A stretch of 64,000 bases of DNA from assembly GCA_944390315.1 (NCBI GenBank), contig CALXPO010000022.1, positions 1,093-65,092 on the forward strand. Reading direction: 5' to 3'. This stretch comes from an uncultured Alphaproteobacteria bacterium (lineage in GTDB: Bacteria > Pseudomonadota > Alphaproteobacteria > RF32 > CAG-239). Within the stretch, counting starts at the first letter, position 1. Every line of letters starts with the position of its first letter. The position numbers were made by a program, and so were the translations under genes. Positions 20,762 through 30,574 of this stretch are shown in pieces. The notes beneath the pieces were generated by a model that was given only the letters and a program-made list of their open reading frames with translations, searched no databases and was not told the origin of the DNA.

Positions 20762-22588
20762 TTATTTTTTAGCAGCGGTAAGTTCTTCGGCCAACATCGA
20801 AATTTCGAGCCACTGATTTTCGTCAGTTTCTTTTTTGCTTTCAAGCTCTTCCAATTGTTTGCTCAGCTCCATAAAACGGTCGGGATTGCTCTGATATAAA
20901 TCGGGGTTACTCAAATCTGATTTTACCTGTTCTATGGTCTTTTCGGTTTGAGCGATTTGTTCGGGCAGAACTTGGAGCAAGCGCTGTTGATTATAACTGA
21001 GTTTTGTGCGCGGAGCTTCTTTCTTTTCGGGAGCCTCGACGGTTTTGGCTTTTTGCAAAGTTGTTTTTTTCGTGGTTATCTGTTCTTTCTCGTTTTGTTT
21101 TTCGAGCAAGTCTGAGTAGCTGCCGACAAATTCCTCGACCTTACCGTCACCCTTCATATAGATAATGGAAGTAACGATTTTATCCAAAAAGTCACGATCG
21201 TGGCTGACAATTAAAATTGTGCCGTCATAATCGCTGAGCATTTCCTGCAACAAGTCAAGCGTATCCATATCCAAATCATTGGTCGGTTCGTCGAGCAGTA
21301 AAAAGTTTGAAGGTTGAGCCAAAACTTTTGCCAACATCAGACGATTTTTTTCACCGCCGGAAAGTGCGGCAACAGGTGATTTTGCCTGTTCGGGCGTAAA
21401 CAAAAAATCTTTCAGATAAGCCACCACATGGCGGTAAGAACCGCGTACCCAAATATGGTCGCCCTTGTCGCAAAGGGTCTGCCACAAAGTTTTGTTGGGA
21501 GCAAGCGAAAATCTGTTTTGGTCGAAATAGGCTTCTTCCAAATTTTTGCCGATACGTACAAAGCCGGAATCCGGTTCGAGTTTTTTGGTAAGCAGTTTGA
21601 TTAAAGTAGTTTTGCCGGCGCCGTTCGGACCGACGATACCGATTTTATTGCCGCGGATAATTTTGGTCGAAAAATCGTTAACAATAATTCGATTACCAAA
21701 ACTTTTCATTAAGTGCTTGGCCTCAATGACCAATTTGGAGCGCCAGGCGGTATTTTCAATATCCATATTAACGGAGCCGATTTGTTTAATTTGTTCTTTG
21801 CGTTCCTGACGCAGTTGAATTAATCGGCGCAAACGTCCCATATTGCGTTTGCGACGGGCGGTAACGCCTTTGTGCAGCCATTCGGTTTCTTCGGCAATTT
21901 TTTTGTTAAGATATTTTTGGGCGATGATTTCTTGCTCAATAACCTGGTCCTGCCATTCTTCAAAGCTGCCGAATCCTTTGTTGTTGCGTCGCAATGTTCC
22001 GCGGTCGAGCCAAAAAGTGGTGCGCGAAACATTGGTCAAAAAGCGGCGGTCGTGGCTGATGACGACAACGGCACCGTTATAATTGCCGACAATTTTTTCA
22101 AGTTTTTCAATGGTCGGCATATCCAAGTGGTTGGTAGGTTCATCCAAAAGTAAAATATCAGGTTCTTCAATTAAGGCTTTGGCCAAGGTGGCTTTGCGTC
22201 TTTCGCCTCCGGAAGCGGTTTCGGGGTTGGCGTCTGCTTCAATACCGAGTTGCTCAATCCACATCTGAACTTTGTAGTCTTCCGTGCCGTCGTGCTTATC
22301 CAATCCCGATTCCAAGACTTCTCTTAAGGTTTTAAAAGCGGATAAGTCGGCATCTTGGGGCATATAGCCGATTTTGGTGTTGGGTTGAATAAAAATTTCC
22401 CCGTCATCGGGTTCTAAAATGCCGGCAATTATTTTGAGCAAGGTTGACTTGCCCGAACCGTTACGTCCGACCAAAGAAATTTTATCGCCTCGGTTGATAT
22501 AGAGTTCGACATTTTCAAACAGTTGTTTGCTGCCGAAGCGAATTTTAACTCCTTTTAACGTATAGAGCGGCGGTTCAAAAGCTGGCAT
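20762..22588 (-). CDS. uup: ABC-F family ATPase, Uup-like
   Basis: Two ABC cassettes (GRNGSGKS, GPNGAGKT, LLDEPTN), ARRKRN linker, C-terminal KLSY coiled coil, no TM. Confidence 0.88.
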   Translation of the reverse strand: MPAFEPPLYTLKGVKIRFGSKQLFENVELYINRGDKISLVGRNGSGKSTLLKIIAGILEPDDGEIFIQPNTKIGYMPQDADLSAFKTLREVLESGLDKHDGTEDYKVQMWIEQLGIEADANPETASGGERRKATLAKALIEEPDILLLDEPTNHLDMPTIEKLEKIVGNYNGAVVVISHDRRFLTNVSRTTFWLDRGTLRRNNKGFGSFEEWQDQVIEQEIIAQKYLNKKIAEETEWLHKGVTARRKRNMGRLRRLIQLRQERKEQIKQIGSVNMDIENTAWRSKLVIEAKHLMKSFGNRIIVNDFSTKIIRGNKIGIVGPNGAGKTTLIKLLTKKLEPDSGFVRIGKNLEEAYFDQNRFSLAPNKTLWQTLCDKGDHIWVRGSYRHVVAYLKDFLFTPEQAKSPVAALSGGEKNRLMLAKVLAQPSNFLLLDEPTNDLDMDTLDLLQEMLSDYDGTILIVSHDRDFLDKIVTSIIYMKGDGKVEEFVGSYSDLLEKQNEKEQITTKKTTLQKAKTVEAPEKKEAPRTKLSYNQQRLLQVLPEQIAQTEKTIEQVKSDLSNPDLYQSNPDRFMELSKQLEELESKKETDENQWLEISMLAEELTAAKK

Positions 22589-22679
22589 TTTTTAGTTCCT
22601 TTTTTTCTCAATTTTTAAAATCGGCGACATTATAAGTACAAATATCGGAAAAATAAACAAAAAATTCATAATAATTTTT

Positions 22680-22708
22680 TTGACAAAAAGTACAAAATCT
22701 AATATACT
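22680..22708 (+). promoter_or_regulatory. sigma70-type promoter
   Basis: TTGACA-17bp-TATACT upstream of aaggag RBS and ATG 22734. Confidence 0.7.
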
Positions 22709-22733
22709 TTAAATAAAATAAAGGAGCAGGGTA

Positions 22734-24173
22734 ATGTCATTACAAGATTTACAAGAACATATACGCAAGGGCAGTACAAAAATAAAAGAACAAGCGGAAA
22801 AAGCCCGCAAGGCAGTGGGAGTTGAAAAAGTTGCTACGGTAGTTGCTTTTGCCAGTACGGTAGTTCCCTCCATGGCTGGTGAAAAGACGCTGCAAAATCA
22901 GGAAAACCCTGCAAACGAAGTTAGAATAGAGCAAGTTCAAACTGCAGTATCCAATCAATCGAACGAGCAAAATAATACGATTGACCTATTTGGTGTGCCT
23001 ATTACGCAAGAAAAAGGCACCAACGGCGTATATAACGAGATTAACGGCACGCCCATATCACCTTACGAACTGGATGGTAAAGAACTGAATAAGGAATGGA
23101 AACAAGAAGAAAAAGAACTTTTTGCCAATGCCAGTGAAGATGTCGTAGAAAAGGTTTCACTAGCTGAAATGGCTGATGGAGCCGCTGCATATTATGACTA
23201 TGAAAATAAGAATATTACGACTAAATATATAGATATAAGCGATGACGTCATAGAACGTTTGGCTGATAATTATGTTAAGAACAATCCATCTTTGGATGAA
23301 AATGTTGCAAAACAGCAATTTTATTCGGCGATAGGTATGATAAAAGAGCTCAACGATCCGCAATCATTAACAGCCAAATGCCTTCGTGCGCATGAAGAAC
23401 AACACAGAGTTAATGACGAATTGGGGATATATGCACCGGGTTTGTCTCCCGAGCAATATGCCGAACTGAATAAATATGATGAAATTTCGGCCAATGTGAG
23501 TGAATTGAACGGAATCTTAACGGAATATAACAAGTCTCTTAAATCGGGAAAGACAAAAGAAGAAGCCTTAAAAGTATTTGATAGTGACATAGATAAACGT
23601 TTTACTTTTTATAAGGAAGCCTTGGCTAACGGACTTGATGCCGATAGTAAAGAAGGGAAGAAACTAATGGTCGAGGGTACGACCAAAATGTGGCAAGAAA
23701 AATATCAATCGCATTATTATAACCAAGTTACAAATAAGGGAATAAATGCTGTTGATCGAAGCGATGCGGCGACTACGGCTCTCGGCAATGAAAAGGAATT
23801 CAATAAAAGAATAAGTAAAATGTTTGACAAGATTTGCAGTAATGAGTACTGCAAGCAACAAGGCATAAAATCTCCCGGAAACTTAAGCCAATACATCGGT
23901 GATGAAAAGATAGGCTTGGAAGCAAGTGAAAAAGAAGTCATAGCTGAGGAAGTTGAAAATCAAATAGGCTTGAGTGCCGATGCCCGCGAACAAATAGGGG
24001 ATTCAATAAAAGGCAAAACAGATAAAGGTAAAATAAAAAATTTCTTGAAAGTTTTGACAGGTCGTAAATCTCCCGAGCAGGTTACAGCTAAAAAAGATAA
24101 TAAGGATAAAACGCAAAATCTGGATATGACGGCTCAAATAGCAAAAGCCAAACAAAATGAACAAAATTATTAA
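22734..24173 (+). CDS. hypothetical protein with HExxH motif (putative secreted zinc metalloprotease-like)
   Basis: 479 aa; N-terminal hydrophobic stretch; RAHEEQH followed by a downstream DEISA; strong RBS and promoter. Confidence 0.7.
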   Translation: MSLQDLQEHIRKGSTKIKEQAEKARKAVGVEKVATVVAFASTVVPSMAGEKTLQNQENPANEVRIEQVQTAVSNQSNEQNNTIDLFGVPITQEKGTNGVYNEINGTPISPYELDGKELNKEWKQEEKELFANASEDVVEKVSLAEMADGAAAYYDYENKNITTKYIDISDDVIERLADNYVKNNPSLDENVAKQQFYSAIGMIKELNDPQSLTAKCLRAHEEQHRVNDELGIYAPGLSPEQYAELNKYDEISANVSELNGILTEYNKSLKSGKTKEEALKVFDSDIDKRFTFYKEALANGLDADSKEGKKLMVEGTTKMWQEKYQSHYYNQVTNKGINAVDRSDAATTALGNEKEFNKRISKMFDKICSNEYCKQQGIKSPGNLSQYIGDEKIGLEASEKEVIAEEVENQIGLSADAREQIGDSIKGKTDKGKIKNFLKVLTGRKSPEQVTAKKDNKDKTQNLDMTAQIAKAKQNEQNY

Positions 24174-24202
24174 AAAGATTTGAATAAGTCAAATTTTCGT
24201 AT

Positions 24203-25462
24203 ATGATGCAAAAAAAACTTATTTATCATGACGGGATTAAGACAATGCCGAAAACTCTGTACTTTGCTATTTGTTTTGGATGTATCGCATTTCCTGCCTT
24301 TGCGGCGGATGATGATATGTCATTAATAGATTTGTTTGGTGAAGAAACCCAAAAAGAAGAAAAAATATCCTCATCTGAAGCAAAATCTTTTGAACCGGAA
24401 CAAAAAAAGGAAAAAAGCGAAGAAGTCAAAGTTGACGATGATGGCGTTTTTTCTTTTCTGAATTTTTCATTTTTGAAAAAGAAAGAAAAGGCGGAAGAGT
24501 TTACCCGTAAACCCGAAGAGCCGCAAGAGAGCTTTTTAGATCGTATGACACGTATGGCCGAAGAGGGTAATGTCGATGCATGCCTAACTTTGGGTTATAT
24601 GTATTTGTATGGTGAAAACGGCGTTTCTCGAGATGAGAAAAAGGCTTTTCGTTACTATTCAATGGCCGCAGCTCAAGAAGATAAAATTGCCATTAATAAT
24701 TTGGGAAGTTTATATTATAGCGGCATCGGCACAGAAAAAAATGTTTCAAAAGCAGTCGAAATGTTTGATAAAGCCGCTCGACTTGGTAATGGCGAAGCAG
24801 CCATTAATCTGGCCTTTATTTATTTAACGACTTCAAGCAATGTCTCTAATGCCAGAATTTTTGAGCTATTGCAACAAGCAGCCGAGACAGGCAATATAAC
24901 AGCCCAATATATGGTGGGTTATTCTTACTATCGCGGTTTTGCCGTTCAAAAAAATTATAAAAAAGCCTTTAACTTAATTAAACAGGCCGCCGTGTCTTTT
25001 GATGAGGCACAATATGAATTGGCACAACGCTACATTAATGCCGAGGGAACACCGCGTAACTATGGCAATGCCGTCAAATATTTAACTGAGGCTGCACATC
25101 AAGGACATATTCAGGCCATGATGGATTTAGGTGATATCTTGGCAACGGGTACTTCATACCAAAAAAATGAGTATCAGGCTTATATTTGGTATAATATAGC
25201 TTCAGTTTATGGTATTGAAGGTGCGGCTGAAAAACGCGATGCCTTAGAAAAAATCTTAAAAATCGAGGAAGTTTTGCAAGCTCAAGCTGCTGCCGAAACA
25301 TTTAAGGAAAAGCCGACAGAAATGACGCAATATATTCGTCAGACATTTGGTCTTAATTTGGCGAGTTATATTGATAACAAAGTTGGTTATAAAAAACCTA
25401 AAAAATCAAAACCGCAAGTCGAAAAGAACGACAAGCCTCAAGAACCCTTAAAATTACTATAA
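24203..25462 (+). CDS. Sel1-repeat protein, probably exported
   Basis: Signal peptide ending AFA; several AxxxLGxxYxxG repeats; AYIWYNIA. Confidence 0.9.
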   Translation: MMQKKLIYHDGIKTMPKTLYFAICFGCIAFPAFAADDDMSLIDLFGEETQKEEKISSSEAKSFEPEQKKEKSEEVKVDDDGVFSFLNFSFLKKKEKAEEFTRKPEEPQESFLDRMTRMAEEGNVDACLTLGYMYLYGENGVSRDEKKAFRYYSMAAAQEDKIAINNLGSLYYSGIGTEKNVSKAVEMFDKAARLGNGEAAINLAFIYLTTSSNVSNARIFELLQQAAETGNITAQYMVGYSYYRGFAVQKNYKKAFNLIKQAAVSFDEAQYELAQRYINAEGTPRNYGNAVKYLTEAAHQGHIQAMMDLGDILATGTSYQKNEYQAYIWYNIASVYGIEGAAEKRDALEKILKIEEVLQAQAAAETFKEKPTEMTQYIRQTFGLNLASYIDNKVGYKKPKKSKPQVEKNDKPQEPLKLL

Positions 25463-25862
25463 CACAATAATTACTTGTATAAGCTGATAGCGGTATACAA
25501 GTCTAGCGATAATTGCGTGATTTTGAAGCTTAAGTGAACAAAATTTGATATGCTAATATCGTTTTGTCGGCTCGAAGGTTTATGACTTGTGATACAAGAA
25601 AAGCAAGTTTGAGACGTCAAGCGGTTGATAATATCGTTCCGTCTTGATAAAAGAGGCGGAGGTTCTTTGCCTCTCACTATATCGGTACGTTTTGAAAAAA
25701 TCAGAATTTTACATAGGAATATAAGGCATAAGGTCAATTCTATATCTTTATCCTAAAATTTATTTTATTTGAAAGGCTTGCAAAAAATAAAGTAAAATTT
25801 CTATTGTAAAAATAGATTTAATGCCCATATCAAGGTATTATTAATCATTAATCAATTATTTT

Positions 25863-26579
25863 ATGAAGACTCTAGCAAAAAAACTCGAAAATCAAGTTGT
25901 TGTACGTCTATTTGCCTTTATGGGCATAGGTGCAATGCTTTCGGCAGCCGTAGCCTATTTGTTAACACTTGTACAGGAATACAGAGAATTCCTTTATATT
26001 TTGGATGCAGACAACAAAATGGTATTGAGTACCAGCGGATGGATACTTTTATTATTACCGTTGCTTCTGTATTTAGCCATTCCAAAAGAACGAAGCAAAA
26101 TGAGCTTTGCTTCTTTGTTGATTATTTTTTTATTGTTCTGCGGGCTCTTGGGTGCAGCACTAAGCAGTGTTTCCATAGTGTTTATTAAAGCTGACATTGC
26201 AAGAGGATTATTGGTTTCGGCCGGTGCTTTTTTTGGTATGTCTTTAACCGGAGCAATCTCACGCAAGGATATGATATCGTGGCATTGTATTTTGTTAACC
26301 TTTGCATGGGGAACAATATTAACATTGGCGGGATATTGGTTATTCCCGTTAAGTTTAACCGATTTAGCGGTAGGTTTGATTTCGGTTATGGTGTATTGTT
26401 CCATCATGGCTTATTCCGGTGAGGATATACATAATATTATTGCATCATCTGAGCAACAGCTCAAAAGCAAGTTAGCCATAAGAGGAGCCTTGGTTGTTTA
26501 TTTGAATTTTGTCGGTTTGGTTGTAAAGACACTTCGCTTTTGGCAAAACAAAGGAGAGGATAAAGAGAAAAAACAATAG
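25863..26579 (+). CDS. Bax inhibitor-1/YccA family membrane protein (divergent)
   Basis: 7 TM helices; AFFGMSLTG and AIRGALVVYLNFV resemble BI-1 motifs. Confidence 0.75.
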   Translation: MKTLAKKLENQVVVRLFAFMGIGAMLSAAVAYLLTLVQEYREFLYILDADNKMVLSTSGWILLLLPLLLYLAIPKERSKMSFASLLIIFLLFCGLLGAALSSVSIVFIKADIARGLLVSAGAFFGMSLTGAISRKDMISWHCILLTFAWGTILTLAGYWLFPLSLTDLAVGLISVMVYCSIMAYSGEDIHNIIASSEQQLKSKLAIRGALVVYLNFVGLVVKTLRFWQNKGEDKEKKQ

Positions 26580-26590
26580 ACAAAGTTCGT

Positions 26591-26631
26591 AAAAGAAAAA
26601 CCTCAGTTTTGATAACTGAGGTTTTTCTTTT
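26591..26631. terminator. bidirectional intrinsic terminator
   Basis: aaaagaaaaacctcagtt..aactgaggtttttctttt between convergent genes. Confidence 0.85.
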
Positions 26632-26644
26632 AACTTAAAACAGA

Positions 26645-28576
26645 CTATTCATGCAAGTGCGGCATTTGAGCTTCTTGTTTCAATGCGGCAACAAAGTCTT
26701 CCAACTTCATAACTTCTTGTTTATCAGAGCCCAAACGACGTACGGTAACCGTTCCGTTTTCTTTTTCTTTGGCGCCGACAACGGCAATGACCGGAATTTT
26801 GGCTACGGAATGTTCACGAATTTTATAGTTAATTTTTTCATTGCGTAAATCTGTTTTGGCATAAAGTCCGGCTTCACGCAATTTGGCTGCAACTTCTTCG
26901 GCATAATCATCGAATTCGCTGACAATCGGAGCAACGACGACTTGTTCCGGAGAGAGCCAGAGCGGTAATTTTCCGGCATGGTTTTCAATCAAAATGCCCA
27001 AAAAGCGTTCGATTGAACCGAACAAAGCACGGTGCAACATAACGGGTTGATGTTTTTCGCCATCTTCGCCGATATAAGAAATATCAAAACGTTGCGGCAA
27101 GTTCATATCTACTTGAATTGTACCGCATTGCCATTCACGACCGATAGCGTCTTTCAAAATGAACTCAAGTTTTGGTCCATAGAAAGCGCCTTCGCCTTCA
27201 TTGATTTCATATTTATATCCGTGAGAGGTCAGGGCGTTGGCAAGAGCGTTTTCGCACAAATCCCAAATTTCGTCGGAACCAATACGATAAATACTGTCAG
27301 GACGGGTAGAAAGATAAATTTTTACATCTTCAAAGCCAAAGTCTTTGTAGATATCTAAAATTAACTTTAAGGTTGTAATACATTCATCTTCCATTTGTTC
27401 GGGTGTGCAGAAGATGTGGGCATCATCTTGAGTAAATTCGCGTACGCGCATCAAACCCATTAACGAGCCGGAAGCCTCATAGCGGTTAACTTTACCAAAT
27501 TCAGCTATTCTGAGGGGCAAATCGCGGTAAGATTTGATTCCTTGTTTATAAACCAATAATCCGCCCGGGCAGTTCATAGGTTTAATGCAGAACCATTTTT
27601 TTTCTTCGGTCTGACCGGAGTAGTTGTGAGCACCGTATTTATCCCAGTGACCGGAAATTTCCCATAAAACTCTATCCATAACGCGAGGGGTTGAGATTTC
27701 GATATAACCGTTATGTTCTTGGCGGTTACGCATATATTCAATCAATTTGCGATAGATTTTGTAGCCTTTGTCGTGCCAAAAAACGGCTCCCGGCGCATAC
27801 TCTGGTTCAAAGTGGAACAAGTCCATTTCTTTGCCCAATTTGCGGTGGTCACGTTTTTCGGCTTCTTCAAGCATTGTCAGGTAATCTTGCAAATCTTTTT
27901 TGTTGGCCCAAGCTGTTGCATAAATACGTTGCAACATTTCACGGTTGGAGTCGCCGCGCCAATAAGCCCCGGCCACTTTAGTCAATTTGAAAGCGTCGCC
28001 GATTTTTCCGGTTGAAGGAACGTGAGGTCCGCGGCAAAGGTCGGTGAAGTTGCCTTGAGAATAAAGGGAGATAACTTCCGATTCGGGAAGGTCTTCAATC
28101 AATTCGACTTTGTAATGTTCGCCGATGGATTTGAAATATTCAATAGCTTCGTTTCTGGGCAAAACTTTGCGGGAAACTTTTTCGTCACGTTTAACGATTT
28201 CGTGCATTTTAGCTTCGATTTGTGCAAAATCTTCGGTTGTAAAAGGTTCTTTGCGAGCAAAATCGTAATAAAAACCGTTTTCGATAGCCGGTCCAATGGT
28301 AACTTGTACATCGGGCCACAGTTCTTTAACGGCTTCAGCCATGACGTGAGAGCAAGAGTGACGCAAGATAGCCAAACCATCTTTATCTTTAGATGTGATA
28401 ACGGTTACGGTCGCATCGGTTGTGATCGGAGTGCTGAGATCTTGCAATTTATCATTAACCTTCACCGCTAAAGCATTTTTTGCTAAACCGGCACTTATTT
28501 TTTCGGCGATTTCCAAACCGGAAACGGCGCCGTCGAAATTCATAATACTGCCATCCGGCAATTTTATAGCAACCAT
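26645..28576 (-). CDS. thrS: threonine--tRNA ligase
   Basis: TGS domain, RHSCSH, DLCRGPH, RDHRKLG, KPMNCP, MRVREFTQDDAH, HRALFGSIERF. Confidence 0.98.
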   Translation of the reverse strand: MVAIKLPDGSIMNFDGAVSGLEIAEKISAGLAKNALAVKVNDKLQDLSTPITTDATVTVITSKDKDGLAILRHSCSHVMAEAVKELWPDVQVTIGPAIENGFYYDFARKEPFTTEDFAQIEAKMHEIVKRDEKVSRKVLPRNEAIEYFKSIGEHYKVELIEDLPESEVISLYSQGNFTDLCRGPHVPSTGKIGDAFKLTKVAGAYWRGDSNREMLQRIYATAWANKKDLQDYLTMLEEAEKRDHRKLGKEMDLFHFEPEYAPGAVFWHDKGYKIYRKLIEYMRNRQEHNGYIEISTPRVMDRVLWEISGHWDKYGAHNYSGQTEEKKWFCIKPMNCPGGLLVYKQGIKSYRDLPLRIAEFGKVNRYEASGSLMGLMRVREFTQDDAHIFCTPEQMEDECITTLKLILDIYKDFGFEDVKIYLSTRPDSIYRIGSDEIWDLCENALANALTSHGYKYEINEGEGAFYGPKLEFILKDAIGREWQCGTIQVDMNLPQRFDISYIGEDGEKHQPVMLHRALFGSIERFLGILIENHAGKLPLWLSPEQVVVAPIVSEFDDYAEEVAAKLREAGLYAKTDLRNEKINYKIREHSVAKIPVIAVVGAKEKENGTVTVRRLGSDKQEVMKLEDFVAALKQEAQMPHLHE

Positions 28577-28600
28577 TATCTTATCCTTTTAATTAAAATT

Positions 28601-29755
28601 TTATTTCATATTTATAAGTTCGTTATAAACCGCAATAGTTTTATCACACATAATCTTTTTTGTAAAATTATCTCTGACATTTTTAATTGCGGCGGCGGAG
28701 ATTTTTTTCTTTTCCTCCAAGGGGAGGTCGAGAGCCCATTCAAGCGCATCCGCCAACGCTTGCGGGTTATTGCTTTCAAATAATTTTCCGGTAACGCCGT
28801 CGATGGTATTTTCGAGCGAACCGCCGATATTTGAAGCAATGACGATTTTTCCCATAGCTTGTCCTTCAATGGCGGCTCGTCCGAATGCTTCGGGCTCAAT
28901 AGCCGTAGACAAGACGATGTCCGAAACCATTAACAAGGCTGGGATATCAAAACTTTGACCGATAATTTTGACTTTGTGTTCCAGACCATATTTTTTAATC
29001 ATATCTTTAAGTTCTTCGGTATATTTGACGCGTCCCTGATCGGAGCCGACAATCATGCAGAAAAAGTCACGGTCTTTAATTTTAGCGAGAGCTTCGAGTA
29101 ACAAATGTTGACCTTTCCAACGAGTAATACGTCCGACGAGAGAAATAATCGGCAAGTCTTCAGGTATCTGATTTTCTTGAATGGTGCGAATAATACGTTC
29201 TTGTGAAACAGCACCGGGTGAAAATTTGTCAATATCGACGCACCGCGGAATGAGTCTGATTTTATTTTCATCAACCTGATAGTTATCAATCATATGTTTT
29301 TTGATATGATTGGAAATGGCGATAACAAGTTGTCCGTAAGTCATGACGCGGTTATAAAATTTTTTAATTCCTCTGGGACCCAAGCCGTATGTTCCGTGGA
29401 AGGTTGTTAAAAATTTAACACCGGCGCGTTTGGCTGCCCAATAAGCACTCCAAGCCGGAGCGCGTGAGCGAGCATGTACGATATTAATCCCGTTTTCTTT
29501 GATTATTTTTTCCAATTTTAATGAATTAAGATAAATTTTTATCGGATTTTTGGTTTTTAACGGCAGCGTAAAATGAGGAACTTTAATTTTATCTAATTCG
29601 TATTCCATACGACCGCCTGCAGAAGCGACGAAATTTTTAATTTCGGCATCTTGCAAAGCAGAAGCGATTTCGATTGTTCCCATTTCGACACCGCCGTGGT
29701 TGAGTTCGGGTAGGACTTGTAGAACAACTGGTTTTTGTACTTTACCTTTTTCCAT
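28601..29755 (-). CDS. glycosyltransferase family 4
   Basis: GGVEMG, HARSRAPAW, GRITRWKGQ, EAFGRAAIEGQAMG. Confidence 0.92.
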   Translation of the reverse strand: MEKGKVQKPVVLQVLPELNHGGVEMGTIEIASALQDAEIKNFVASAGGRMEYELDKIKVPHFTLPLKTKNPIKIYLNSLKLEKIIKENGINIVHARSRAPAWSAYWAAKRAGVKFLTTFHGTYGLGPRGIKKFYNRVMTYGQLVIAISNHIKKHMIDNYQVDENKIRLIPRCVDIDKFSPGAVSQERIIRTIQENQIPEDLPIISLVGRITRWKGQHLLLEALAKIKDRDFFCMIVGSDQGRVKYTEELKDMIKKYGLEHKVKIIGQSFDIPALLMVSDIVLSTAIEPEAFGRAAIEGQAMGKIVIASNIGGSLENTIDGVTGKLFESNNPQALADALEWALDLPLEEKKKISAAAIKNVRDNFTKKIMCDKTIAVYNELINMK

Positions 29756-29809
29756 TTTCTTAATATAATCCTCGCAGTTTTAAATTAATTTATGTTGGAC
29801 CGACTAATT

Positions 29810-30553
29810 ATGTCAAAGTACACTTTTAAATCTTGCTTTGCAACAGATTTTGAACATATTGCGCCAAAAAATAATGCACCGACGATTTTATATCTGCATG
29901 GTTTTTGTTCGGATTGCTGGGGAAAGAAGCCTGAAACGGTCAAATGCTTTTGTTTGGAGCATGGTGTGGGGTTGTTTCGTTTTGATTATGCGGGACACGG
30001 GTCGGATAGAGAAAATTTGGATAAAGCCGATTTCGAAATTTGGAAAAGTCAGGTTTTAGAAGTCATTGACGAAGCCATAACGGGAGATGTGGTCTGTGTC
30101 GGCTCTTCCATGGGCGGCTGGCTGTCACTGATTGCGGCAATAGCGCGTCCCGAGCGTGTTAAAGGTGTGGTAGGCTTGGCGGCGGCGCCGAATTTTGTGA
30201 AAAGATTTGCCTCAATGGTCACGGCCGAACAAAAAGCCGATTTGGCGCAAAAAGGTCAGTTTAGTTTTGGTAATAAAGATTTTACTTATACGATTACCCA
30301 AAGATTTATAGATACGGCTTTTCAGAATTGTTTGCCCGAAAACGAAAAATCGTGGCCGATAGATTGTCCGGTGCATTTTATTCAAGGAATGCAGGATGCC
30401 AGTCTGCCATGGCAATGTGCTTTGGATTTTGTGCGGGCCGTCCGCTCCGAAAATGTTGAGCTGAAATTGCTCAAAGCCTCCAATCACCGCCTAAATGATG
30501 ATGATGCACAGACAGAATTGCTTAATTCTTTGGCAAAGGTTGTGAATATCTGA
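29810..30553 (+). CDS. alpha/beta hydrolase
   Basis: HGFCSD, FDYAGHG, GSSMGG nucleophile elbow, QGMQD, NHRL. Confidence 0.9.
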   Translation: MSKYTFKSCFATDFEHIAPKNNAPTILYLHGFCSDCWGKKPETVKCFCLEHGVGLFRFDYAGHGSDRENLDKADFEIWKSQVLEVIDEAITGDVVCVGSSMGGWLSLIAAIARPERVKGVVGLAAAPNFVKRFASMVTAEQKADLAQKGQFSFGNKDFTYTITQRFIDTAFQNCLPENEKSWPIDCPVHFIQGMQDASLPWQCALDFVRAVRSENVELKLLKASNHRLNDDDAQTELLNSLAKVVNI

Positions 30554-30574
30554 AAAAATTGCTTTTTATAATAA

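Noticed and set aside
25471-25737. 88-aa minus-strand ORF
   Set aside because: No clear RBS or motif; coincides with a hairpin-rich spacer.
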